A DNA stretch of 64,000 nucleotides from Oceanispirochaeta sp. (GCA_963666275.2 CAXXOA010000002.1:960001-1024000); one strand, 5' to 3'; positions 20,346 through 31,070 are shown, counted from the stretch's first letter. A program made the numbers and translations. The notes: a model not told the origin generated them from the sequence alone.

Positions 20346-21722
20346 TTACCACCTGGATTTATTGTTGTTTATAATAAATTCAGCCGCAGCCAGAAGGTCC
20401 CTTTTTACGATGAGTCCGGGGTACTTCTCCTCCCGGATAGAGGCAGCTGTTTTCTGCCCCTGTCCGGTCATCACCAGAAGAGGGGAGAGATTTCCGTTCA
20501 GACCGCAGAGCAGGTCTCCCTCCCTGTCCCCGATCATCCAGGATCCCTCCTTTTTCAGAGAGAACTCCTGGATGGCTTTTTCAAGGAGAGCCGGGGAGGG
20601 CTTTGTGAAAGACATGTCCTCCAGAGTGGGGTGTATCGCTCTGTTTCCGGCTCCGATGCTGTAATAGATCGCATCGGGCTGGGCCTCGGGATCATCCAGC
20701 TCCCGGGACATGAGATAGCACATATACTCATGGTTGAGCTGAACCACCGACTCGGGAACATAACCCAGGCCAATGCAGGACTGGTTGGTATTCACCATGA
20801 TCGCAAAACCCGCTTCTCTAAGCTTTTTGACAGCCTGGGCGCTGCCGGGGATCAGCTGCATCTCTTCCGGTCCCGTCGTGTAGGCGGAAAGGGTGTTGAT
20901 GACCCCGTCCCGGTCCAGAAACACCACAGATTTTCCTGCCAGCAGAGGGGCCTCGCAGAGGGGCTCTTCCGTACAGATATGTTCTCCGTCCTCCCGGAGC
21001 TGGTGGATTGTTACAGAGTAGGGGGCCCGGCAGAGAGAGGGGGCTCCGTACCAGGTGGTTATTCCCTCTTTCCGGGGGGAATGGCCGGGATGATAGTGCC
21101 CCGAGAGGCTTAAAAGAACCTTCCGGGAATCCCGGGTGATGTTTCTGATGTTCTCCCATTCCAGATAGCGGTGCGTGCTTTTGGACTGGTGTTCCTTCCG
21201 GATGAGAAAATGCTGCAGATGGATCTGTCTATAGTGTTCATCCTCAAAAAGAACTTTCTCCATCAGACGCCTTTCCCTGTCTATCCTGCGTGGTCTGTTT
21301 TCCTCCCACTGACGATCGTGAAAGCTGACAAAGCGGAAGGCTCCGAAATCCTGAATCAGCGGCTGGTCTCCGAAGACCTCAGTGAAGAGATCCCCTGTAT
21401 CGCTGTTGCCGGGAATGACTATCCAGGGGATCCCCGCCTGTTCCAGAATCGAACGGATCAGTCTGTAATCCTGTCTCACCGTTTCTCTGAAGGGCGTCAT
21501 CAGGTCCATGTAATAGTCGTTGCTGTTCAGCACAATGGCGGGAGAATCCACCAGGTCGCCGGTGATCACAACCAGGTCCACCGAAGAACTGCGGAATCTC
21601 TGAAGGGCCTTTCTGAGAATGGTGACCATCTCTCTGCTTCTGTTTTTATGCTTCAGAGAGGATCCCGGTATGTGGTACCGCAGATGAAGGTCTGATATAT
21701 GGCCTATTCTGATTGATTCCAT
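20346..21722 (-). CDS. Fusion of a calcineurin-like metallophosphoesterase and a HAD-IIIA (GmhB/HisB-like) phosphatase
   Basis: N-half SDLH, GDLVD, GNSD, GHYH; C-half FLDRDGVIN, TNQS, KPSP, MIGDREGD. Confidence 0.88.
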   Translation of the reverse strand: MESIRIGHISDLHLRYHIPGSSLKHKNRSREMVTILRKALQRFRSSSVDLVVITGDLVDSPAIVLNSNDYYMDLMTPFRETVRQDYRLIRSILEQAGIPWIVIPGNSDTGDLFTEVFGDQPLIQDFGAFRFVSFHDRQWEENRPRRIDRERRLMEKVLFEDEHYRQIHLQHFLIRKEHQSKSTHRYLEWENIRNITRDSRKVLLSLSGHYHPGHSPRKEGITTWYGAPSLCRAPYSVTIHQLREDGEHICTEEPLCEAPLLAGKSVVFLDRDGVINTLSAYTTGPEEMQLIPGSAQAVKKLREAGFAIMVNTNQSCIGLGYVPESVVQLNHEYMCYLMSRELDDPEAQPDAIYYSIGAGNRAIHPTLEDMSFTKPSPALLEKAIQEFSLKKEGSWMIGDREGDLLCGLNGNLSPLLVMTGQGQKTAASIREEKYPGLIVKRDLLAAAEFIINNNKSRW

Positions 21723-21778
21723 CTACAGAAAATTGTAGTGGGGAAAAGGCCTTATGGGAAGGATTTTAAAAAGGATTT

Positions 21779-23311
21779 TTAAAGCAGAGAGTGATCCTCC
21801 TGGATCGAGTAACGGATAACAGCTCTGCCCAGTCTGTAGAGGATGATCTCCTTCCAGCGGTCCTGGATGATTCTTCCGAAGAGGGGCACACTGAGGGAAA
21901 CCACCCCGGCGGGGGTTGTTTTTCTGCTCAATCTTGTGAGTTTTCTTATCCTCATGACCGGTTTCAGAATCTTGTAGGACTTTCTGCCTGTCCGGGAGAG
22001 GAGAGAGACCATGGGATTTTTTGAGAAGTCCCGGGCCTGTCGGATCAGGTCCACCGAAATATTCTCCATGGCAAAGTGGCTGCCCGGTGCATTTGTATAG
22101 ATCCGGGAGAGGCTTATCATCAGGAGCCTGTAGGATACGCCCAGCCCCTGGGTGACCCTGTAGCTCATCCAGGGAACTGATCTTCCAGGATATCTCTCTT
22201 CGGGGAGTTCCTGAAGGAGCCTCAGGATTGTCTCTCTCAGTCCCGGTTTTTCCGCTTCATCCGAAAGGTGTTCATTCAGAACGGACAAGGAGCGTCTGAG
22301 AAAACTGTTCAGGCCTTCTGAGACCCGGTGCCTGGCGGAACGGCCCTCCCGGGGAGAGAGGGAGTAGAGGGTGTCCTTTTCGAAGCCCGATTCCTCCAGG
22401 ATCTGTTCGTAGCGTTTCAGCATGGCCTGGAGCAGGTCCTGTTTGCCCTCTTCCTGGGGTATGAGCTGGAGTTCCCTGTCGAAGTGCTTTCCCTTGCGGA
22501 TAATTTCACTGCGGGAAAACTGTCGCCGCCGTCGGGACAGCTCCTCCGTATTTCCCCCGTAGAGGTAGATCATATAGTAGGCCGCCCGGAGCAGAAATAC
22601 GGTGTAGTAGTAGCGGATCATTCCGGACCAGATCCCCCGGATCAGGATGGACCGCAGGGTATAGAGAAAGATCCCCGGCAGGCCGATCAGGGGTATCAGA
22701 ATCAGCCGCAGTGCCTGAACCGCCAGACCTCTCCTGTTGATAAAATCCACAATCGGAAGGGCGTTCAGCATTTTCTGGAATTTCATGCTTCTCTGGAAAG
22801 GCCGGAACCATTTGAGCCGCCGTGTCAGAAGGTACCGGAGAAGAAACTGCTTTTCCACTTTGAGATGGAGATCCTCATAGGCCAGCAGGAGAGTCTCCAG
22901 CAGTCGAACCGGTGAGAAGTTGAGTTTCAGAGTTTTGAAGGACAGATCTTCTCCTGCGGCTTTTTTTTCCGTGGGAATGAATTCCATCAGCAGGGTTTTC
23001 AGGTCATCAAGGATCTGAAAAGACTCGGAATGGATGAGTATCTTCCGGATTTTTCTGTAAAGCTGCACCCACAGATCCCGGCTGCTCTGTTCCTGCCATT
23101 GGGCTCCTTTCATTTTTCCGGGAGAAAAATACCGCCGGGATGTACTGAACAGAATGATCGGCGTAATGATAAAGCGCACAATCACTGGGATCAGGATCAG
23201 AGAGATCACAGCCATAATGGCGGCTGTCAGGACTATCGGGTGATAGAGTATCGATTTGATCAGGACTGCTCCATCAGCAGATCCAGGGTCTGCCAGCCCA
23301 GGGTGGCGCAT
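21779..23311 (-). CDS. Hypothetical membrane protein (start uncertain, possibly CTG 23263)
   Basis: Long ORF with an N-terminal hydrophobic segment and a second hydrophobic stretch; very basic. Confidence 0.7.
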   Translation of the reverse strand: MRHPGLADPGSADGAVLIKSILYHPIVLTAAIMAVISLILIPVIVRFIITPIILFSTSRRYFSPGKMKGAQWQEQSSRDLWVQLYRKIRKILIHSESFQILDDLKTLLMEFIPTEKKAAGEDLSFKTLKLNFSPVRLLETLLLAYEDLHLKVEKQFLLRYLLTRRLKWFRPFQRSMKFQKMLNALPIVDFINRRGLAVQALRLILIPLIGLPGIFLYTLRSILIRGIWSGMIRYYYTVFLLRAAYYMIYLYGGNTEELSRRRRQFSRSEIIRKGKHFDRELQLIPQEEGKQDLLQAMLKRYEQILEESGFEKDTLYSLSPREGRSARHRVSEGLNSFLRRSLSVLNEHLSDEAEKPGLRETILRLLQELPEERYPGRSVPWMSYRVTQGLGVSYRLLMISLSRIYTNAPGSHFAMENISVDLIRQARDFSKNPMVSLLSRTGRKSYKILKPVMRIRKLTRLSRKTTPAGVVSLSVPLFGRIIQDRWKEIILYRLGRAVIRYSIQEDHSLL

Positions 23312-23685
23312 TTCAGTCTGACCGGATAGTTTACGAGGCCCTGCAGGGCTGTGATGTCCCCGTACTTTTCAAGAGTCTCCGGAGAAATCTCGCCCCGGAA
23401 GACAGTGTTGATCTCCTTTGCTATATCCCGGGCTTCCTCCAGAGGCTTGCCTGCAAGCAGTTCCGTCAGAATCGAGGCGGAGGCCATACTGATGGAACAG
23501 CCCTCTCCGTCAAAGATGATTTCGCTGATCCGGCCGTCCTGTACCTCCAGTTTCAGAGCCACCCTGTCTCCACAGGAGGGATTGTCCAGCACGGCGCCCT
23601 GTTCCTTTTCCTCCAGCTTCCTTTTATGTCTGGGGTTTCTGTAATGTTCCTGAATTATTTCCTTATGTAAATCGTCAAACTGCAT
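23260..23685 (-). CDS. sufU: SUF system NifU-like protein SufU
   Basis: HYRNPR, NPSCGD, GEGCSISMASAS, PVRLKCATLGW. Confidence 0.93.
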   Translation of the reverse strand: MQFDDLHKEIIQEHYRNPRHKRKLEEKEQGAVLDNPSCGDRVALKLEVQDGRISEIIFDGEGCSISMASASILTELLAGKPLEEARDIAKEINTVFRGEISPETLEKYGDITALQGLVNYPVRLKCATLGWQTLDLLMEQS

Positions 23686-23687
23686 TT

Positions 23688-24053
23688 TTATTCTCCCAGT
23701 GCCAGACTCACCTGTTTCAGCAGTTCCTCGTCCCGTATCGGTTTGAGGAGATAGGCTTCCGGATTGATGCTGAGGGCTTTTTTTCTGATAGTTTCATTGG
23801 GATAGGCTGTCAGAAATATGACCGGTGTCTTTTTTATCATCTTAACCCGCTGCGCCGCATCTATTCCATCGATAAAACTTTTCAGGTAGATATCCATGAG
23901 AATCAGGTCCGGATTGTGCTGAAGAACCGCTGGCATCACCCCGTCGGCATTCTTTACAACTTCAGGTACTTCATATCCTGCCAGTTGGAGCATTTCCTGG
24001 AGTTCCATGGCAATAATCGGTTCGTCTTCGACTACTAATATTTTTTTCTGCAT
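23688..24053 (-). CDS. Single-domain response regulator (receiver)
   Basis: ILVVEDE, DLILMDI, VIFLTA, YLLKP. Confidence 0.93.
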   Translation of the reverse strand: MQKKILVVEDEPIIAMELQEMLQLAGYEVPEVVKNADGVMPAVLQHNPDLILMDIYLKSFIDGIDAAQRVKMIKKTPVIFLTAYPNETIRKKALSINPEAYLLKPIRDEELLKQVSLALGE

Positions 24054-24115
24054 ATAAAATCATCTCTCCGTTCTCTTTTGAAATTCATATTAAATCGGTT
24101 ATACTCACAATAGTT

Positions 24116-25165
24116 ATGTATCGGAATAAAAAAATCTTCTTTTATGCTCTCAGCGAGTATTTTACTCCCCTGGACCGCATGCTGACTAAAATTCACAGGA
24201 ATTTGTTTTTGAAGTATAAAAATACTTCAATGTTTTTATCCCTGGCCATCTATGTTATTATACAGCTGATTTGGGGAAAATCCCTCAAAATCTCAAGCAA
24301 TTACTTTGTCCTTATTCCTCTTTTCGCCTCCACCCTCTCCTACGGTCTTGTCGGGGGAATCCTTGCGGGTCCTCTGGGGCTTCCTCTTAATCTGCTAGTG
24401 TTCCATCTTGCCGGGCACCCCGAATACGCTCCGGAAAACCTTCTCATTGCTGAGTTATCGGGTATAACAGTCGGCTTTGTTCTGGGATACATGAGCGATT
24501 TTTTCAGTAAGATGAACCGGGAGATACAGAAACGGAGGATCACCGAAGAAAAACTCAGAAAAACCCTGGCAGACAAAGAGATCCTTCTGGAGGAAGTGCA
24601 CCACAGGGTCAGAAATAATCTCAATATCATAAAAAGCCTTGTGGCCCTTCAGTCCTCCCGTGTCTCCGATCCGTCCTTCCGGGAGGAGAGCGAAAAACTC
24701 AGACAGAGGATCTTCTCCATTTCGCTGGTTCATGATCAGCTGTTTCATCACAACAACAGTGTCTTTCTGAATCTGCAGGAGTACCTGTCCTCTCTGATAG
24801 ACAACCTTCTGAGCCTTTCTGTCCATCAGGGTATCAGTCTCACCACCCACTGGCCCGATGAGGATATGCCCCTTGAAAGTGATAAAGCTATTTATATCGG
24901 ACTTATATGTCAGGAAGTGATCGTGAACGCTCTGAAATATGCTTTTGAAGACATAGAGTTTCCTGAACTGACCTTTTCTCTGGATATTCATGATGACCGC
25001 ATTCATATATCCATTGCCGATAACGGATGCGGATTCGATCCTGAGGATTCATCCGAGGGGCTGGGGAAAAAGCTTATCCGGTCTCTTTCTGGCCAGCTTG
25101 ACGGGACCTGTTCCTTTGAAAACCGCAAGGGCACCGTATTTACTCTGGACTGTCCTTTCAGATAA
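24116..25165 (+). CDS. Membrane sensor histidine kinase (HisKA_2 type)
   Basis: N-terminal TM helices; EVHHRVRNNL H-box; EVIVNALKYAF; DNGCG; GLG. Confidence 0.92.
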   Translation: MYRNKKIFFYALSEYFTPLDRMLTKIHRNLFLKYKNTSMFLSLAIYVIIQLIWGKSLKISSNYFVLIPLFASTLSYGLVGGILAGPLGLPLNLLVFHLAGHPEYAPENLLIAELSGITVGFVLGYMSDFFSKMNREIQKRRITEEKLRKTLADKEILLEEVHHRVRNNLNIIKSLVALQSSRVSDPSFREESEKLRQRIFSISLVHDQLFHHNNSVFLNLQEYLSSLIDNLLSLSVHQGISLTTHWPDEDMPLESDKAIYIGLICQEVIVNALKYAFEDIEFPELTFSLDIHDDRIHISIADNGCGFDPEDSSEGLGKKLIRSLSGQLDGTCSFENRKGTVFTLDCPFR

Positions 25166-26375
25166 ACAGATCGCCGGCGCTGTCCAGGATGGTGAGAAAC
25201 CGGTCCACCTCCTCTGATGTGTTATAGAAATAGAGGCTGGCTCTGGCTGTGGAAAGGGCATTCATTTTTTTTGCCAGGATATGGGCACAGTGATGGCCGG
25301 CTCTTACCGCCACACCCCGACTGTCCAGATACTGGGTCAGGTCATGGGCATGGACTCCCTCTTTCATGAAGGCGGCAATTCCCCCCCGAACAGGGGCCTT
25401 GCCGAAAACTTTCACACCCTGAATCTGCTCCAGACCCTTCAGAAGCCTTTTTGTCAGAGAGGATTCCATACTGTGGATCCTTTCCATTCCCAGGGCTGAC
25501 AGATAGTCCACAGCAGCTCCCAGTCCGATTGCCCCGGAAATATTGGGTGTGCCCGCTTCAAATTTGTGGGGGAGGGTATTCCATTCGCTATGGTCATGAT
25601 ACACACTCCGGATCATTTCTCCTCCCCCTTTCCAGGGCGGGAGCTTCTCCAGGTATGAGGCTTTGCCGTATAAAACGCCGATCCCCGTGGGACCGCACAT
25701 TTTATGCCCTGAAAAAGCAAGGAAATCACAATCCAGATCCTGTACATCCACACTCATATGGGGAACACTCTGAGCTCCGTCCAGAAGGACCGGGATATCC
25801 CTTTTATGGGCTTCTTCAATAAGGGCCTTTACATCGTTAACCGTCCCCAGCACGTTGGACATATGGGTCACAGCCACTATCCTGGTTTTATCGGACCAGA
25901 GTGTTTCCAGAGTCTCTGTATCCAGGGTCCCGTCGGGGAGAACCGGTATGTATTTCAATGTGAGGCCGTACTGTTCAGAGGCAATCTGCCAGGGAACAAT
26001 ATTGCTGTGATGGTCCATTTCGCTCAGGATGATCTCGTCACCGGGAGAGGTAAAGGCCCGGCAGAACGAGGAAGCTGCCAGATTGATGCTGTCTGTGGTT
26101 CCCGAGGTAAAGATTATCTCCCGGTTCTCCCGGGCATTTATAAACCTGGCTACCTTGCTGCGGGCGTCCTCGTACTGCCTGGTGGATTCTTCTCCCCAGC
26201 GGTGAATCGCCCTGTACACATTGGCGTTATAGTTTGTGTAGTACCCTGAGACGGCTTCCAGGACAGCCAGAGGTTTCTGAGTAGTCGCCGCATTATCCAG
26301 ATAGATATAGTCCCCGGATCCGGGGGCCGCGAAAATGGGGAAATCCTTCCGGATTTCATTCACTGTTTTTGTCAA
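25158..26375 (-). CDS. sufS: Cysteine desulfurase SufS
   Basis: YLDNAATTQKP, HHSNIVPW, SGHKMCGPTGIG, FEAGTPN, RAGHHCA. Confidence 0.96.
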   Translation of the reverse strand: MTKTVNEIRKDFPIFAAPGSGDYIYLDNAATTQKPLAVLEAVSGYYTNYNANVYRAIHRWGEESTRQYEDARSKVARFINARENREIIFTSGTTDSINLAASSFCRAFTSPGDEIILSEMDHHSNIVPWQIASEQYGLTLKYIPVLPDGTLDTETLETLWSDKTRIVAVTHMSNVLGTVNDVKALIEEAHKRDIPVLLDGAQSVPHMSVDVQDLDCDFLAFSGHKMCGPTGIGVLYGKASYLEKLPPWKGGGEMIRSVYHDHSEWNTLPHKFEAGTPNISGAIGLGAAVDYLSALGMERIHSMESSLTKRLLKGLEQIQGVKVFGKAPVRGGIAAFMKEGVHAHDLTQYLDSRGVAVRAGHHCAHILAKKMNALSTARASLYFYNTSEEVDRFLTILDSAGDLFI

Positions 26376-26378
26376 TTC

Positions 26379-27620
26379 TCAACCTCTGTTCAGATGTTTC
26401 AGCCCTTCCCGCATAATCCATCCGGTCAGTTCCGGGGGATTCCCTTTCAGGTTCTCTCCCATCTTGCCTTCAATAAGCATTTTCCGGGATTCTTCTCCTG
26501 ATAAGCCCCTGCTCTGAAGGTAGAACAGCTGGGCAGGGTCCAGTTTTCCCGTGGTGGAGCCGTGACTGCATTTTACATCATCTGTGAGGATCTTTAAACC
26601 GGGGATGGCATCTGCCCGGGCGCCGTTGGAAAGTATCAGATTTTTGTTGCTCAGATAGGCATCTGTTCCCGGGGCATCATGCTCCACCCGGATCATCCCC
26701 TGAAAAATCGATCGCCCCCTGTTTTCGGCAAATCCGTCGAACTCGGCCCTGCTGGCTGTATGGGGAGCCTGATGTTTCTGCTCTATCCTGATGTCCTTAT
26801 GCTGTCCTTTGCCGGATACAGAAAATCCATGGACATGAAGATCTGCTCCCGTTCCCTGGAGGGAGTAAATGCTGTTTGTTTTGACAGTTCCTCCTCCCAG
26901 ATGGAGCAGGGTGAAATCCAGGGAACTGTGAGTCTCCTGGGAGTAGAGGGATTCCTCCACGTAACGGCTCTCTGTTCCCAGGTTCTGAATCTGGGTCATC
27001 TTTACATGGGCATTAGGGCCGATATGGCTGCGGATCAGAGTATTTACAAGTTCTCTATCTTTTTCATCCTCCCGCCCGTTGAAGTGCAGTATCAGATGTC
27101 CCTGCCAGCCCGTCTCAAAGCGGAAAAAAAGTTTCGGCATGGAGAGGCCGTCCCGGGTGAGGGCATTCAAATGAATATGCAGAGGTTTTTCAAGGATGCT
27201 GTTTGCCGGAAAGGTGAGGGCCAGGAAAGGGTTGGAAGAACTTTCGTTCCAGGCGGAGAACCTGTCGGCCCATCCCCCGGGATAAAAGCTGTCCATCTCA
27301 TCGGCCGGAATGGTAATGAGAAATTCCTCCGTGACGATTTCGGGAAATCCCGGCCGGCTGGGGTCAGTACCCGAAAGGGTGAGGTCTTTACCGTTGAATA
27401 TGATCTTTCCGGCGTTCTCTTCCTGAACTTCCGGAAATCCCGCCCGGGCCGGAGGATCCTCCGGGGCCGGCAGATTGTGAAAACTTTCGGGATTGATAAG
27501 ATCCACCGGTGTCCGTCTCCACAGTTCCTGCTTTCTGACGGGCCAGCTCATTCCATTGAGAACCTCCCGGGCCCGTATTCTATTGTTTTCGACTCTGTCT
27601 TTAATTATTTCAGTGTTCAT
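26379..27620 (-). CDS. sufD: Fe-S assembly protein SufD
   Basis: ELWRRT, FQGMIRV, DDVKCSHGST, QLFYLQSRGL; lies between sufB and sufS. Confidence 0.9.
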   Translation of the reverse strand: MNTEIIKDRVENNRIRAREVLNGMSWPVRKQELWRRTPVDLINPESFHNLPAPEDPPARAGFPEVQEENAGKIIFNGKDLTLSGTDPSRPGFPEIVTEEFLITIPADEMDSFYPGGWADRFSAWNESSSNPFLALTFPANSILEKPLHIHLNALTRDGLSMPKLFFRFETGWQGHLILHFNGREDEKDRELVNTLIRSHIGPNAHVKMTQIQNLGTESRYVEESLYSQETHSSLDFTLLHLGGGTVKTNSIYSLQGTGADLHVHGFSVSGKGQHKDIRIEQKHQAPHTASRAEFDGFAENRGRSIFQGMIRVEHDAPGTDAYLSNKNLILSNGARADAIPGLKILTDDVKCSHGSTTGKLDPAQLFYLQSRGLSGEESRKMLIEGKMGENLKGNPPELTGWIMREGLKHLNRG

Positions 27621-27630
27621 ATGCCTTCCT

Positions 27631-29025
27631 CTATCCTACGGATCCTTCCATTTCAAGTTCGATCAGTCTGTTCAGTTCCACCGCATATTCCATAGGCAGC
27701 TGTTTGACCAGAGGATCAATAAAACCATTGACGATCATCATGGCGGCATCCTGTTCGCTCAGGCCCCGGCTCATCAGATAGAACAGCTGGGTTTCGCTGA
27801 TTCTGCTGACCCTGGCTTCATGTTCTATGGAGGCGTCGTCTGTTCCTATCTCCATATAGGGGTAGGTGTGGCTGCTGGATTCGCTGTCCAGAATGAGGGC
27901 ATCGCAGACCACGGCGGACCGGACATTTTTCAACCCCGGTTTGGCTTTCACAAGGCCCCTGTAGGCGGAGGATCCTCCCCCGCGGCTGATGGATTTGGAG
28001 GTAATCACCGAGGTCGTATTGTCTGCGGCATGGATGACCTTTCCTCCCGTATCCTGTTCCTGTCCCTTCCCGGCAAAGGCAATGGAGAGAATCTCTCCGT
28101 GAGCTCTCTCTCCCAGAAGAAAGACAGAGGGGTATTTCATTGTCTTTTTACTGCCGATATTGCCGTCCACCCACTCGACAGTGGCGTCTTCATAGGCAAA
28201 GGCTCTTTTCGTTACAAGATTGTACACATTGGAGGACCAGTTCTGGATGGTCGAATAGCGTACCCGGGCCCCTTTCTTGGCTATGATCTCCACAACCGCA
28301 CTATGAAGACTGTCTGTGGTGTACACAGGGGCGGTACAGCCCTCTATGTAGTGAACAAAACTGCCCTCGTCGGCAATAATCAGAGTCCTTTCAAACTGGC
28401 CGAAATTTTTCGTGTTGATCCGGAAGTATGCCTGCAGGGGGATATCCACATGAACCCCTTTGGGGATGTAGACGAAGCTTCCTCCCGACCAGACGGCGGA
28501 ATTCAGAGCTGCAAACTTGTTGTCCCCGTAGGGAATCACTGTGCCGAAGTACTCTTTCACAAGCTCGGGATGCTCCCTGACCGCTGTTTCGGGGTCACAG
28601 AAAATCACGCCCTGATCTTCCAGATGCTTTTTCAGGTTGTGATAGACCACCTCAGAGTCATACTGGGCTCCCACTCCTGCCAGAAAGTTCCTTTCCGCTT
28701 CGGGAATCCCCAGGCGGTCGTAGGTTTCTTTGATATCATCGGGCAGCTCATCCCAGGAGCCCGACTGCTGGTCAGTGGGTTTGACGTAGTAGAAAATATC
28801 ATTAAAATTTATCCCCGAGAGATCCACACCCCATCCGGGCATGCTCTTCCTTCTAAATGCCTCAAGGGATCTGAGACGGAAGTTCAGCATCCAGTCCGGT
28901 TCTCCTTTGTGTCTGCTGATATCCCTGACAACCTGTTCATCCAGACCCTTTCTGGATTTGAAAACGGACCTTTCCGGGTAGTTGAAACCGTATTTGTAAT
29001 CTTCCTGTACCAGTGTTTTATCCAT
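27631..29025 (-). CDS. sufB: Fe-S assembly protein SufB
   Basis: [47 protein letters not shown]. Confidence 0.97.
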   Translation of the reverse strand: MDKTLVQEDYKYGFNYPERSVFKSRKGLDEQVVRDISRHKGEPDWMLNFRLRSLEAFRRKSMPGWGVDLSGINFNDIFYYVKPTDQQSGSWDELPDDIKETYDRLGIPEAERNFLAGVGAQYDSEVVYHNLKKHLEDQGVIFCDPETAVREHPELVKEYFGTVIPYGDNKFAALNSAVWSGGSFVYIPKGVHVDIPLQAYFRINTKNFGQFERTLIIADEGSFVHYIEGCTAPVYTTDSLHSAVVEIIAKKGARVRYSTIQNWSSNVYNLVTKRAFAYEDATVEWVDGNIGSKKTMKYPSVFLLGERAHGEILSIAFAGKGQEQDTGGKVIHAADNTTSVITSKSISRGGGSSAYRGLVKAKPGLKNVRSAVVCDALILDSESSSHTYPYMEIGTDDASIEHEARVSRISETQLFYLMSRGLSEQDAAMMIVNGFIDPLVKQLPMEYAVELNRLIELEMEGSVG

Positions 29026-29785
29026 GAACAGCCTCCCGTACAGCCATCTTGTCTTTAATCCAGTTATAGCTGTTGGCCTCCAGCTGCTCTATAAGCTCCA
29101 TACCTCCGGAAGTGATAATCTCCCCTTCGTACATAATGTGCAGAAAGTCGGGCTGCACATGGTCCAGGATCCTCTGATAGTGGGTGATGATTAGGCCGCC
29201 GAAACTCTCTCCCCTTATGGAATTGATCCCTTTGGATACAATTTTAAGGGCATCCATATCCAGACCGGAATCGGTTTCGTCCATCAGGGCAAACCGGGGT
29301 TTCATCATCAGCATCTGGAGTATCTCCATCCTCTTCTTTTCTCCCCCCGAGAAACCTTCGTTCAGGTTCCGGTTGATAAAGCCCTGGTCCATTTCCAGGA
29401 AGTCCATTTTTTCTCTCAGTTCTTTAATATACCCTGTCATATTCAGGGGGGCCTCTGGATTAAGGGCCTCCAGGCTACGTTTCAGAAACTTACCCACGGT
29501 CACGCCCGGAATTTCCACAGGGTACTGGAAGGCCAGAAACAGCCCTGCCGCAGCCCTTTCGGGGATATCCATTTCAAGGAGGTTCTCTCCGTCCAGGAGT
29601 ACCTCCCCGCCGGTGACCGTGTAATCGGGATGACCTGCCAGTACATTGGCCAGAGTACTCTTGCCCGAGCCGTTGGGGCCCATCAGGGCATGCACCTCGT
29701 TGGTGTTTATCGTCAGGTTTATACCCTTCAGTATGGGTTTCCCCTCTATTTCAGCTTTTAAATCTCTGATTTCCAGTTTACTCAT
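29018..29785 (-). CDS. sufC: Fe-S assembly ATPase SufC
   Basis: [45 protein letters not shown]. Confidence 0.97.
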   Translation of the reverse strand: MSKLEIRDLKAEIEGKPILKGINLTINTNEVHALMGPNGSGKSTLANVLAGHPDYTVTGGEVLLDGENLLEMDIPERAAAGLFLAFQYPVEIPGVTVGKFLKRSLEALNPEAPLNMTGYIKELREKMDFLEMDQGFINRNLNEGFSGGEKKRMEILQMLMMKPRFALMDETDSGLDMDALKIVSKGINSIRGESFGGLIITHYQRILDHVQPDFLHIMYEGEIITSGGMELIEQLEANSYNWIKDKMAVREAVHG

Positions 29786-29852
29786 ATTATTAATCTCCTC
29801 TAATTTACGTCTTCTCTTGTCTTTTCGCCCCCGCTAAAGTGTGCTCTCTTAA

Positions 29853-29875
29853 GGTTCCTGAGCGGAGTCGAAGGG
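29853..29875. repeat. Solitary copy of the REP-like element GGTTCCTGAGCGGAGTCGAAGGG
   Basis: Same core as the array at 62410-62659; lies between sufT and sufC. Confidence 0.75.
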
Positions 29876-29883
29876 CTGAAGGG

Positions 29884-30216
29884 TCAGATAGGGTATCCCA
29901 TGGCCACCCTGAGCTCCTCCGAGGCAAAATTGATCTGCCAGGGGGGATCGTACACCTGCATGGTTCTGACCTTTTCAGCCCAGGGATTCAGTTTCCGGAG
30001 CCTGCCCTGAATCATCCTTTCCAGATCAGGGCCCCAGGGGCATCCCGGGTAGGTCAGGGTAAAATCCACCTCAATCGTGGTTTCATCCTTTACTTCGACT
30101 CTGTAGATCAGTCCCAGCTGGGTAATGGGTGCCATGATTTCAGGGTCATATATTTCATCGAGCTGATGAAAGATTTTATCTTCCAGAGCTTTTTTATCTT
30201 TTTCTGTTTCTTCCAT
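29884..30216 (-). CDS. DUF59/SufT-like metal-sulfur cluster assembly factor
   Basis: IYDPEI, LGLIY, TLTYPGCP, DPPW. Start taken at ATG 30216 behind GGAG. Confidence 0.88.
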   Translation of the reverse strand: MEETEKDKKALEDKIFHQLDEIYDPEIMAPITQLGLIYRVEVKDETTIEVDFTLTYPGCPWGPDLERMIQGRLRKLNPWAEKVRTMQVYDPPWQINFASEELRVAMGYPI

Positions 30217-30389
30217 AAACTGCTCCTGCATCAGATTTTTTTTCTGCAAAAAAAAGAACAACCATTCTGGAAATTCTCATTATTTGTCAGTAGACTTATA
30301 TAAGAGAGATAGCTAAAGCTAACTCGATTAGTCTATAATAAAATATATTACTAATAGAGTAATATATCAAGGATTGCAGGAGGAGATTT

Positions 30390-30989
30390 ATGAATATAAC
30401 AGCTGTTTCAGCCAATCCGGATCCGTCGTCTCTGTCCGGTCAGATCTTTCATGAGACTTCGGCAATCCTGAAGATGCATGCCCATAAGGTTTACTATCAG
30501 GACCTCTATACAGACCATTTCAATCCGGTCCTCACAAAGGCTGAGATTGACAGGCGTTTTTCCCTGGATAATGAAGTCAGCCGCTATGCGGGGGAACTTG
30601 TCAGTTCCGAAGGTATTTTCATTGTCCATCCCGACTGGTGGGGTGGTCCTCCCGCTATCCTGAAAGGCTGGGTCGACAGAGTCTTCCGGCCCGGTATCGC
30701 CTACGATACGGACAGGGAGTTTCCCGGAGATCCCGGGGAACATCACCCTTTGCTGTCGGGAAAACGTGCCATTGTGGTCTGTCTGTCCGACAACAAAGCA
30801 GACAATGAAATTCTGAGAGTCTTCTGGGAAGAGAAAGTTTTCAGCTGGTGCGGTCTGAAAGATTTCCGCATGTTCCATCTGAACGATATGTCTTCCCGGT
30901 CCTATGAGGACATTGCCGACTGGAAGCGTCTGGTCGTAAAAGATTCTATCCGGTTTCTTACAGGGGAAGTTGTAAAGAACGTAGTCTGA
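30390..30989 (+). CDS. NAD(P)H-dependent oxidoreductase (flavodoxin-like fold, quinone reductase type)
   Basis: DLY-x-x-x-FNPVL, HPDWWGGPPAILKGWVDRVF. Confidence 0.9.
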   Translation: MNITAVSANPDPSSLSGQIFHETSAILKMHAHKVYYQDLYTDHFNPVLTKAEIDRRFSLDNEVSRYAGELVSSEGIFIVHPDWWGGPPAILKGWVDRVFRPGIAYDTDREFPGDPGEHHPLLSGKRAIVVCLSDNKADNEILRVFWEEKVFSWCGLKDFRMFHLNDMSSRSYEDIADWKRLVVKDSIRFLTGEVVKNVV

Positions 30990-31070
30990 ATCTCTTTTCA
31001 GAGGATCAGGGATTCGGCTTTAAGGCTTTTAGCCCAGAGAAATCTAAGCAGCAGGAGATAAAACAAAATC

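Noticed and set aside
30290..30346. IscR/Rrf2-type operator upstream of the suf operon
   Set aside because: Only short, widely spaced TAGACT/AGTCTA arms in AT-rich DNA, and no regulator gene nearby.
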